Below the pieces are notes generated by a model that did no database searches, was not told the origin of the DNA, and saw nothing but the letters and a program-made list of their open reading frames with translations. Of a stretch of DNA of 20,797 bases, positions 1 through 6,655 are shown one piece after another. How positions within the stretch are numbered: position 1 is the first letter of the stretch; the number at the start of each line of letters is the position of its first letter. The DNA comes from an uncultured virus (IMG/VR IMGVR_UViG_2811995097_000007) (lineage: Duplodnaviria; Heunggongvirae; Uroviricota; Caudoviricetes): the IMG/VR virus record IMGVR_UViG_2811995097_000007. One strand, 5' to 3'. Position numbers and translations under genes: made by a program.

Positions 1-27
1 CGCTGTAAGCAGGTCGGAAAAACTCAT
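1..27 (-). CDS. 5' end of the next late gene (MSFSDLLTA...), truncated by the window; position and start resemble the small HTH-type gene that follows DUF2730 in Mu-like phages
   Basis: ATG at 27 overlaps the TAA of the upstream gene (TAATG) and has GGAGG upstream. Only 9 codons are visible. Confidence 0.55.
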
Positions 28-395
28 TATTTGCCTCCATTAATTTCGTTTTCGAGCAGCAGATTAAGAGGGCGTTCAATACGCTTCATAGCTTCGGTCT
101 GAGCCTCAGCTCCAACCCGTAGCGCCTTGATGTCTCCCGCCATGCTGCCTAGCTGTTCTTTGATGGCGCTCATCTCCTTGCCGGTGGGAGCCGTTGATTG
201 GGCCAGCTCTGTGACGGTCTGGCGATCTTCAAGCACCTTCCGTTTATCTTCATGCTCCTTGCACTTCTTCTCGCAGTCTTTGCTGCTGACAAATTCTTTG
301 CGCAGATAGAGCATGCCACCGGCGATGACGAGTTGGACCACTGCCAACACCACAGAAGCTATCCGGCTCCAGTCGGCTGCTGTTTCCAGATTCAC
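27..395 (-). CDS. DUF2730-like membrane-anchored coiled-coil phage protein
   Basis: N-terminal TM segment (IASVVLAVVQLVIAGGMLYL), coiled coil, C-terminal 'RIERPLNLLLENE'. GTG at 395 has GGAGG upstream and overlaps the previous stop (GTGA). Typical position after the lysis genes. Confidence 0.7.
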   Translation of the reverse strand: MNLETAADWSRIASVVLAVVQLVIAGGMLYLRKEFVSSKDCEKKCKEHEDKRKVLEDRQTVTELAQSTAPTGKEMSAIKEQLGSMAGDIKALRVGAEAQTEAMKRIERPLNLLLENEINGGK

Positions 396-1075
396 GGCAC
401 CACCTCCCCGGCGTTCAGACCAGCGGCCCATTCGATCCAGGTGGAGAGCCTTGCCTCCAGCTCACGGGTGTATCGGCCCATGTCGCGGGCATGGGCGAGG
501 ATGTCTTCCGGTGTCACTGTAGGTGCTCCTGGAAGTATCCCGGCTTGAGGGGCTTGGGCAGTTCCGGCATCACCATCAACGCGGGAGGTGGAGGCGGGCA
601 CGGCGTCACCACGGTCACGGGTACGGGAGCCGGTTGCCTCGTTGTAGAGGCGCACCCACTCAGGGCCAAAACGGCAAGAGCCGTCAGCAGTATCAACATC
701 TTTACTCGCATGGGCGATCCTTTGGTTGGTCAGTTCGCGGGACTGCTTTTCAATTGTTTGCTGGGCGGCCAGGTATTGGCTTTCCAGTGTATGGTTCCGG
801 GCAACTGCTTGCTCAATCCGCTGCCTGGCAGCGGACTCGGCCTTGACAAGGGCGCGGAGGTGTTGCTCCTGGATCGCGGCCATGGCTTGGGTGTGCTCTT
901 CGCCCAGCGCGGCCACTTCGGCTTGGCGTTCCAGGTCAGCGGCATCGTATCCGGCGTGGTAGCCGCGCCATGCGGCGGCAGCTACGACCAGGGACACTAT
1001 GATGACAGCGACCAGGCCGATGGCCAGTTTCTTCCAGCCGCCTCCGGCCAGTGCTGCCAAAGGAATGGGAATCAT
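392..1075 (-). CDS. Rz-like inner-membrane spanin (i-spanin)
   Basis: Single N-terminal TM (LAIGLVAVIIVSLVVAAAAW) followed by a long Ala/Gln/Glu coiled coil. Directly follows the endolysin. ATG 1075 has AAGGAG upstream and an ATGA overlap with the endolysin stop. Contains a nested lipoprotein gene. Confidence 0.8.
   Translation of the reverse strand: MIPIPLAALAGGGWKKLAIGLVAVIIVSLVVAAAAWRGYHAGYDAADLERQAEVAALGEEHTQAMAAIQEQHLRALVKAESAARQRIEQAVARNHTLESQYLAAQQTIEKQSRELTNQRIAHASKDVDTADGSCRFGPEWVRLYNEATGSRTRDRGDAVPASTSRVDGDAGTAQAPQAGILPGAPTVTPEDILAHARDMGRYTRELEARLSTWIEWAAGLNAGEVVP
514..711 (-). CDS. Rz1-like outer-membrane lipoprotein (o-spanin) nested within the Rz-like gene
   Basis: Signal peptide MRVKMLILLTALAVLALSG-C with lipobox LSGC and a very Pro-rich mature region. 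Alternative frame, same strand, entirely inside 392..1075. Confidence 0.82.
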   Translation of the reverse strand: MRVKMLILLTALAVLALSGCASTTRQPAPVPVTVVTPCPPPPPALMVMPELPKPLKPGYFQEHLQ

Positions 1076-1710
1076 GGGCATACTCCTTTGCCCCATCCGG
1101 CATTTTCGTAGAGGGGTTCGAGCACCAGGAGGATACGGCGAGGATAGCCACGATTTTCACGGATGGCCCACTTGGCCCGGCCCGCGTTGACCGCTTCCAC
1201 CTGGTCCCACCAGCGGGTCGGGTCCAAGCCAAGGGCCTTTGCCAACTTCTTGTCCTTATAGAGCCAGCCCAACCCGCCGTTGTAGGCGGACAGGGTCATG
1301 GCCATATGGTCGCATTTCGTGGCGCTCTTGATGCGTTTCCAGAGCCACAGGTCGTAGGCGGTCAAGGCGCGGAGCGCCCAGCCCGGATTGAACGGATTGG
1401 CCTTGCCAACCTGCGGGGCAACCTCCGGCAGCCATGTGGCCGTGGAGGGCATGAACTGAGCCAGCCCACCGGCACCCACAGGGGATTTTGCATCGGCACG
1501 CCAAAGACTTTCCTGGTGGAGCTGCGCGGCGAAGGTGGCCACGGGAGCCTCAAGCCCCCATTCCACACGGGCGCAGCGGATGAGCGTAGAGCGGTACTTG
1601 TAGGCTCGGGCCGGTACGTCTGCTGCGCAAACAATGGTTGCCCACAGCAGAAATCCAAGCACGAACATGGCGGGTAGCACCAACAGCTCCCAATTGCGTA
1701 AAAACTTCAT
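1072..1710 (-). CDS. Endolysin, soluble lytic transglycosylase (SLT) family, with N-terminal hydrophobic segment
   Basis: SLT motifs QES (catalytic Glu), GAGGLAQFMP and AYNGG. Start placed at ATG 1710, just after the holin stop. Confidence 0.92.
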   Translation of the reverse strand: MKFLRNWELLVLPAMFVLGFLLWATIVCAADVPARAYKYRSTLIRCARVEWGLEAPVATFAAQLHQESLWRADAKSPVGAGGLAQFMPSTATWLPEVAPQVGKANPFNPGWALRALTAYDLWLWKRIKSATKCDHMAMTLSAYNGGLGWLYKDKKLAKALGLDPTRWWDQVEAVNAGRAKWAIRENRGYPRRILLVLEPLYENAGWGKGVCP

Positions 1711-1712
1711 GG

Positions 1713-2069
1713 CTACAGCCCCAACCCTACCGCCAGCATGCAAGCACAGACGATAGCAGCGCGGCGGAACTGAGCCGCCACAAAGGGTATCCAGTCGGAA
1801 GACGAATCAAAGACAGTGGTGGTTTCCGATTCAGGCTCCTGCGACTCGGAAGCCTCAACAAGAATGCCATCGATGTCGTACTTGTCGGGCCGTGCATAAG
1901 GGAACAGGGCGCGGTCAAAGCAGTAACCGGCGAACCCGGCGATGGTGACGAGGCTGACCTTGTAGACAATGACGGGGAGCTGCTGAGGGGAGATGAACGC
2001 AACCAGGCAGAGCAGCAGCACGACCATGATGGCGGCGCTGGTCATTCTGGGCATCTTGGGGAAAATCAT
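1713..2069 (-). CDS. Putative holin (2/3-TM family of Mu-like phages)
   Basis: Hydrophobic segments, 'GYCFDRALFPYARP' and C-terminal 'RRAAIV...AVGLGL'. GGAGG precedes ATG 2069. First gene of the lysis cassette. Confidence 0.85.
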   Translation of the reverse strand: MIFPKMPRMTSAAIMVVLLLCLVAFISPQQLPVIVYKVSLVTIAGFAGYCFDRALFPYARPDKYDIDGILVEASESQEPESETTTVFDSSSDWIPFVAAQFRRAAIVCACMLAVGLGL

Positions 2070-2164
2070 AGAGGGCCTCCGCTTTGCGGTTTTGCGGAAG
2101 GCGGCCCAGGACAAACAAGGAAACACCTGGAACCGCCTTCCATTAGAAGGAGTTCTAGGTGCCC

Positions 2165-2209
2165 AAGTTAGGCGTTATGGGGGATTGAGTATTGTAACGG
2201 AGGTTATAA
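2165..2209 (-). promoter_or_regulatory. Candidate Mor/C-activated late promoter
   Basis: Imperfect dyad TTATAAC-CTCC-GTTACAA (2209-2192, minus strand) lies about -51 to -34 relative to a TAACTT -10-like hexamer (2170-2165). No clear -35. Upstream of the holin. Confidence 0.55.
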
Positions 2210-2238
2210 ACTGAAAGGCCGCCTGGAGGGGCGGCCTT
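2207..2238 (-). terminator. Rho-independent terminator after the 313-aa accessory gene
   Basis: 9-bp stem AAGGCCGCC (2215-2223) / GGCGGCCTT (2230-2238) with a 6-nt loop, followed on the minus strand by TCAGTTT. Begins 5 nt after the stop codon. Confidence 0.75.
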
Positions 2239-2243
2239 CGGTG

Positions 2244-3185
2244 TTATTTGTTGGGGGGCAGCTCTGCGAGCTTCTTGTGATCCATGTTTGATCGGGGTGA
2301 ACCGACACCGACAATGCTGCCGAACTTGACCTTCTTCCCGGTGTAGCGGACGTCGATCTGGACATTGAGGGCCAAGGGCACCTGTTGGCTTTCGATTCTG
2401 TCATCTATGGATTTCAGGAATTTTTTCTTCTCTGCATCCGTCAGGTGCTCAAGATATGCGCTGACATGGTAGTCACCCTGGGAAAGCTCCAGGACCGGCA
2501 TAGGCTTGGTCAGGTCAATTTTTTCCAGGTGGTATTCACCATCACAGGGAGCGGCCACTTCGGGAGTTCTTGTCTTTGGAGCCTTGACGAGCTGCTTGAC
2601 TTCCTTGGCTGGCAATACAGGGCCACCCGCAACGGAAACTTGATCAGTGTCAGCCAACTGCCTGGTGAGCTTTCTGAAAGGAGCCTCGGCTTTCACAGGG
2701 TCCAAGCCCTCTTTCAATGCCACGTCTCGCATGGACTGGATGGCCTGAACGGCAACCTGCTGGGTACGGGCTTGATCCTGGGAAGTCTGATACCTGTCCC
2801 ATGCCTGATATCCCGTCATAGAAAGAATGAGGGTTATGAGAACCGCAGCGGTTTTGGCGTTCATATTTGGGATCGCCTCCTTAATCAGTGCCCAGAAGTC
2901 TGGGTCCAATATACCGCTTCCCTGCCGGATGGCAACCTTGAGCAGGGGAACATCGCCGCCAAACACATCCGGGTTTTGCTGGCAGAACGCTTTCAATTCT
3001 CGCTGCAAATCCAGAACAAATTGCGCACTCCTGTTGTCAATGCGCTTATCCCAGGTCACGCCTTGCAACCGGATCGGCATGCTGGCGCACCCCTTCACCA
3101 GTTCGGCATCTCCCGGTTTGGCCTTTCCTTCGGAGACCTGCCACATAAACTCAATTAGCTCGTCTAACTCTTTGACCTTATCCAT
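2244..3185 (-). CDS. Accessory (moron-like) protein of unknown function, 313 aa
   Basis: Long ORF with GGGAGG RBS, one central hydrophobic stretch (AAVLITLILSMTGY), its own candidate promoter and terminator. Lies between the repressor and the lysis genes. Confidence 0.8.
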   Translation of the reverse strand: MDKVKELDELIEFMWQVSEGKAKPGDAELVKGCASMPIRLQGVTWDKRIDNRSAQFVLDLQRELKAFCQQNPDVFGGDVPLLKVAIRQGSGILDPDFWALIKEAIPNMNAKTAAVLITLILSMTGYQAWDRYQTSQDQARTQQVAVQAIQSMRDVALKEGLDPVKAEAPFRKLTRQLADTDQVSVAGGPVLPAKEVKQLVKAPKTRTPEVAAPCDGEYHLEKIDLTKPMPVLELSQGDYHVSAYLEHLTDAEKKKFLKSIDDRIESQQVPLALNVQIDVRYTGKKVKFGSIVGVGSPRSNMDHKKLAELPPNK

Positions 3186-3229
3186 AGTCCTCCCTGTTGT
3201 TTTTCACGATATGCCAGACCCTCATTCCT

Positions 3230-3238
3230 ATCATAGCA
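3230..3238 (-). promoter_or_regulatory. Extended -10 promoter candidate (TGcTATGAT) for the 313-aa gene
   Basis: The minus strand reads TG-C-TATGAT about 45 nt upstream of ATG 3185. Confidence 0.5.
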
Positions 3239-3302
3239 ATTCGGCCCGCTCACCGCTTCCGCCCATACGGGGCGGGCCGTTCGTGCAGAAATTTTCCGTA
3301 GG

Positions 3303-3719
3303 CTATTCTTGCTTGCGTACCCGCTTCTTTTTTTCTCCGGTGGGCCATGCCGCCGATTTCAAACCTTCCTGATCCTGTCCGTCCACGCCGGACTTTGCAA
3401 AGCTGGCACCTGTCCGCTCCAGGATGCGTTTGTCCTCCTCATCAGAGGCCCGGTAGTCGGCGATAAGCATGGCCTCACGGGCTGAATAGTCAGCAGAAGG
3501 AGGTTCCCCCTCCCCAAGCAGCAGCCAATTGGCATCCAATTTAAAGTCCTGAATAAATTGCATCAGAAAATCGAGTTTGGGCGCGGTTACACCCGTCTCA
3601 TAATTCGACAAAGTGTTTTTACCAAGCCCATATCTCTTAGTTATTTCGGCCTGAGACACGTCACCTCTGGCCTTTTTAAGTCTTTCCCCAATCTCAGATT
3701 TTGGCACAAAGAACTCCAT
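3303..3719 (-). CDS. Prophage repressor, XRE/Cro-CI HTH
   Basis: 'IGERLKKARGDVSQAEITKRYGLGKNTLSNYETGVTAP...DANWLLLGEG'. Divergent from the early operon. Start moved from 3794 to ATG 3719 because the upstream extension spans the operator region. Confidence 0.9.
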   Translation of the reverse strand: MEFFVPKSEIGERLKKARGDVSQAEITKRYGLGKNTLSNYETGVTAPKLDFLMQFIQDFKLDANWLLLGEGEPPSADYSAREAMLIADYRASDEEDKRILERTGASFAKSGVDGQDQEGLKSAAWPTGEKKKRVRKQE

Positions 3720-3760
3720 ACCCAAAAAATTGGGTTGACCTATTCCCAATTTTTTGGGAA
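3720..3760. promoter_or_regulatory. Paired operator-like palindromes of the immunity switch
   Basis: CCCAAAAAATTGGG (3721-3734) and CCCAATTTTTTGGG (3745-3758) are exact reverse complements, each of the form CCCAA-N4-TTGGG. They flank a TTGACC -35-like hexamer (3735-3740). Confidence 0.75.
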
Positions 3761-3821
3761 AACAACAAACACGAACCGCGCCAAAGCGCGTCAAACGAAC
3801 TCAAAAAAAAGGAACTACACT

Positions 3822-4055
3822 ATGGCCAAGACCTCCAAACCTCTCCTGTCCCCGGAAGAGGCGAGGGCAAAGCTGGATGAACAAGGGCTGTCCATCGCCA
3901 AGTGGGCCGTCAAGAACGGCCTGAACCCAAACACTGTTAGCGACCTCCTTAATGGTCGTAAAAAAGGCGTCCGTGGCGAATCGCACAATGCCGCCGTCTT
4001 GCTCGGCCTCAAACACGGCAAGGTAAACCGAACCAGTGCAGCCATGAGCGTGTAA
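3822..4055 (+). CDS. Ner/Cro-like DNA-binding protein, BcepMu gp16-like
   Basis: 'EEARAKLDEQGLSIAKWA...VSDLLNGRKKGVRGESHNAAVLLGLK'. AAGGA RBS before ATG 3822. First early gene. Confidence 0.85.
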   Translation: MAKTSKPLLSPEEARAKLDEQGLSIAKWAVKNGLNPNTVSDLLNGRKKGVRGESHNAAVLLGLKHGKVNRTSAAMSV

Positions 4056-4095
4056 CCAATGCTCTTTTCTATACCCACCACAGGACACGGACGCA

Positions 4096-4545
4096 ATGTC
4101 TAAACGTAAGCCAGATTCAGACGAACGCATGGTCCAACTCATGCTGCCACTGTCTAGCCTACCTTCACAACGGCTGCAAAGTGGCTCTCTGCGGACCTTT
4201 GAAGCTGTCAAAGATGGGTTGAACCGCTCTCTCAAGGACTGCGGATTGTCCCGCGAGATCATTGCCGAGGAGATTTCCCGTCTCACCGGCCACGACATCA
4301 CTGTCCATCAAATTAACAATTGGGCCGCTCCATCTAAAGAGGATCGGCCCACGCCGCTGCACTTCCTCGCAGCCATCACCGAGATCACCGGCAGCCCGGC
4401 ACTGGCCGAGGCCGCACTGGACGGCACCGGCTACAAGCTGCTGACGCCCGAAGAGGTGGTCTTTTACGAGATCGGCAAGGACGAAGTGGAGAAGCGGCAG
4501 AAAGCCAAAGAGAGGAAAGCGTTATGGGAAAAGGTCGGGAAGTAA
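4096..4545 (+). CDS. Phage regulatory protein (HTH, CII-like)
   Basis: 'LSREIIAEEISRLTGHDITVHQINNWAAPSK' HTH-like segment, AGGA RBS, second position in the early operon. Confidence 0.6.
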   Translation: MSKRKPDSDERMVQLMLPLSSLPSQRLQSGSLRTFEAVKDGLNRSLKDCGLSREIIAEEISRLTGHDITVHQINNWAAPSKEDRPTPLHFLAAITEITGSPALAEAALDGTGYKLLTPEEVVFYEIGKDEVEKRQKAKERKALWEKVGK

Positions 4546-4763
4546 AATTGCTTGAATTGATCCTGGGCGAAGTGACGGCCATCCGCCGCCACCTCGACAA
4601 AGAGGCGGCAGCGGAGGCGTTGCGAGAACAGAATGCGCAGCCGCTTAATCCTTTGTGGACTGGCTTTGATCCTGCGGTTGGAGAAAGCCGATCTTCCGGC
4701 TCTGCAACTCTTCCTCCATCTCATCCGTGTACAGACCCTGACCACGAGCCGTCAGCAGAATAA
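4524..4763 (+). CDS. Small hypothetical early protein (start uncertain)
   Basis: Overlaps the end of the previous gene in operon orientation. Its 3' half overlaps a minus-strand ORF. Confidence 0.35.
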   Translation: MGKGREVKLLELILGEVTAIRRHLDKEAAAEALREQNAQPLNPLWTGFDPAVGESRSSGSATLPPSHPCTDPDHEPSAE

Positions 4764-4926
4764 GGCCAGCGAGACAGATATGATCCCAGTTTTTCCCACC
4801 GCCGCCAGTCATGCATCCATTTCTGGCATTCCCAACAAGCTCACACACAGGCAGAGCCGGACAAGGGTTTCCCTTGGGCTGATCGAGTCCAAGCGGCGGT
4901 GCGGAACCAAAGTTTTTAATATCCAT
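4645..4926 (-). CDS. Counter-oriented small protein, 93 aa, with near-terminal RKIGF
   Basis: Strong SD (AAGAAGGAG) 6 nt before ATG 4926, four Cys, acidic stretch followed by RKIGF. Confidence 0.55.
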   Translation of the reverse strand: MDIKNFGSAPPLGLDQPKGNPCPALPVCELVGNARNGCMTGGGGKNWDHICLAGLILLTARGQGLYTDEMEEELQSRKIGFLQPQDQSQSTKD

Positions 4927-4998
4927 AAGACACTCCTTCTTTCGGATTCAGATGAACTTAATAGCAGGGAGCCTATTCACAAACAAGAGGAGGCGATC

Positions 4999-5223
4999 AT
5001 GGCCACCAAGAAGATCACCATGCACGACACTCTCCAACTGCAACGGATGCGCAAGGTCCAGGAACTGCTGCAAAAGGGTGTTCTCACCTTCAAAGACCTG
5101 CGCTCCATCTGCCCCCGCGACGACCAGCGGGCCGACCTGGTCGCCAGGATGCTGGCGGGCGGCCTGATGGACGCCACCTTTTACCCCAAACCTTTGCCCA
5201 ATCAGGAGGTAGCCAATGGCTAA
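4999..5223 (+). CDS. Hypothetical early protein, 74 aa
   Basis: GAGGAGG RBS before ATG 4999. The stop overlaps the next gene's start region. Confidence 0.7.
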   Translation: MATKKITMHDTLQLQRMRKVQELLQKGVLTFKDLRSICPRDDQRADLVARMLAGGLMDATFYPKPLPNQEVANG

Positions 5224-5518
5224 AACCGGCACTTCGGCTCGGCGCGCACTGGCCGTTCTTCGTATTCTCAAAGGCCACACCCTGCATGGCCTGTCCAACG
5301 GCGAAATAGCCAAGGCCCTGGACGAGAAGCCCGTCAACATCACCCGCGCCCTGGATGTCCTCACGGATGAAGGGTTGGTCAACAAACTCGAAACGGGCCG
5401 ATACGCCCACTCCATAGGCATGCTGCAAATCGCACAGGCCCACGCCAACGAAATGAATCAGGCTCAATACAAGATTCAGGAAATCAACAACCGCGTCGCT
5501 GCCGGAGCGATGAACTAG
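5216..5518 (+). CDS. IclR-type winged-HTH DNA-binding protein
   Basis: 'RRALAVLRIL...GLSNGEIAKALDEKPVNITRALDVLTDEGLV...GRY'. AGGAGG RBS. Confidence 0.8.
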   Translation: MAKTGTSARRALAVLRILKGHTLHGLSNGEIAKALDEKPVNITRALDVLTDEGLVNKLETGRYAHSIGMLQIAQAHANEMNQAQYKIQEINNRVAAGAMN

Positions 5519-5539
5519 ACCACGAAGGAGACTGACCCC

Positions 5540-6652
5540 ATGACCGTTCCCTGCTCATCCTGCGAACACCACTTCGCCAAATCCAACCAGCGCCCAGGCA
5601 AACTCATCCCGCACCATCATGGCAAATGCACCAGACCCGAAGGGCTTTGCGATGAACACTATGAACACGAAGAAGCCATGCGCAAAGAGTCACAGGCATT
5701 CCTGGAAGATGATGCACCCGCCATTATCCCGGAGATTTCTGACGAACGTAGTGCGGAACTGGCACAGACCCAAAACACTGCCGCAGCTGTTGACCAGGCT
5801 GTCATGGATGCAGAGGAAGTCCATACCGCCCTGGGCCGCATTGAAGGGCTTGAATTTCTGCGACGCGTCGGAGATGTCGCAATAGCTCAAATCTTCGCAG
5901 AAGTGCGCAAGTCAAAGAAATACAAAGGATTGCCGTACAAGGACGAAAACGGACACCTGCGACACGTCGCAGATTTTGAGGAGTTTTGTTCGGTCAAGCT
6001 CGGCAAGTCCTACCGCCGCTGCCATGAATTGGCCCAAAATCTCAATATGCTCGGCTCTGACCTTTACGAATCCGCAGAAACCATAGGCTTCCGAGCCAAG
6101 GACTACCGCGCCCTCAAGGCCCTGCCGCCGGAAGAGCAGGAAGTGGTCAAGACGGCCCTGGCCAGTGACTCCAAAGACGAGGTCGTTGACATCCTCCAGG
6201 ACATGGCCGCCCGGCACCAGGCCGAGAAGGAGGCCGCCAAGAAAGAGAAGGACGATCTGACCGCCGACCTGGATGCACGGGGCAAGCTACTCAAGGACAA
6301 GGCCGAGAAGCTGGAACAGACCGAAGAGGAGCTGTACCGCCTCAAATCCCTGCCCAAGGACGCTAACCTGGAACTCAAGCTGGCCCGTGAAGAGGAAGCC
6401 ACAAACGAACTCAACAAGGCGTTTGTCACCGCCCTGGGCGCGTTCAACGAAATGCTCATGCAGGTGGATGCCATCACGGAGAACGAGGACGTTTCCAGCC
6501 ATACCAAGGCATACGGCTTTGACCAGGTTCGGGCGTTCTGCATCGACATTCAGGCGAATATCGCCAACTACGGCATCCCCGTTGATTTCGAGGAAATGGT
6601 CAACCCCGCCTGGATGAAGGAAGAGGCCAAGACTGGCCTGGAAGAAGGATAG
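5540..6652 (+). CDS. Conserved Mu-like phage coiled-coil protein upstream of the transposase (DUF3102-like)
   Basis: 370-aa ORF with AAGGAG RBS, 'FEEFCSVKLGKSYRR' segment, long coiled coil, position immediately before the transposase. Confidence 0.6.
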   Translation: MTVPCSSCEHHFAKSNQRPGKLIPHHHGKCTRPEGLCDEHYEHEEAMRKESQAFLEDDAPAIIPEISDERSAELAQTQNTAAAVDQAVMDAEEVHTALGRIEGLEFLRRVGDVAIAQIFAEVRKSKKYKGLPYKDENGHLRHVADFEEFCSVKLGKSYRRCHELAQNLNMLGSDLYESAETIGFRAKDYRALKALPPEEQEVVKTALASDSKDEVVDILQDMAARHQAEKEAAKKEKDDLTADLDARGKLLKDKAEKLEQTEEELYRLKSLPKDANLELKLAREEEATNELNKAFVTALGAFNEMLMQVDAITENEDVSSHTKAYGFDQVRAFCIDIQANIANYGIPVDFEEMVNPAWMKEEAKTGLEEG

Positions 6653-6655
6653 GCC

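Noticed and set aside
491..1677. Plus-strand ORFs of 206 and 208 aa over the lysis genes
   Set aside because: Antisense to well-supported spanin and endolysin genes.
2385..3158. 257-aa plus-strand ORF
   Set aside because: Antisense shadow of the 313-aa gene, which has the RBS, promoter candidate and terminator.
3242..3279. GC-rich inverted repeats downstream of the repressor as a terminator
   Set aside because: Two alternative pairings and no U-tract on the minus strand, so a terminator call is not supportable.
3558..3821. N-terminal extensions of the gp16-like ORF (from 3558) and the repressor (from 3794)
   Set aside because: They overlap each other and the operator region. Downstream starts fit the domain boundaries better.
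4633..4998. Upstream extension of the 196-aa plus-strand ORF
   Set aside because: The strong RBS is at ATG 4999, and the extension overlaps a better-supported minus-strand ORF.
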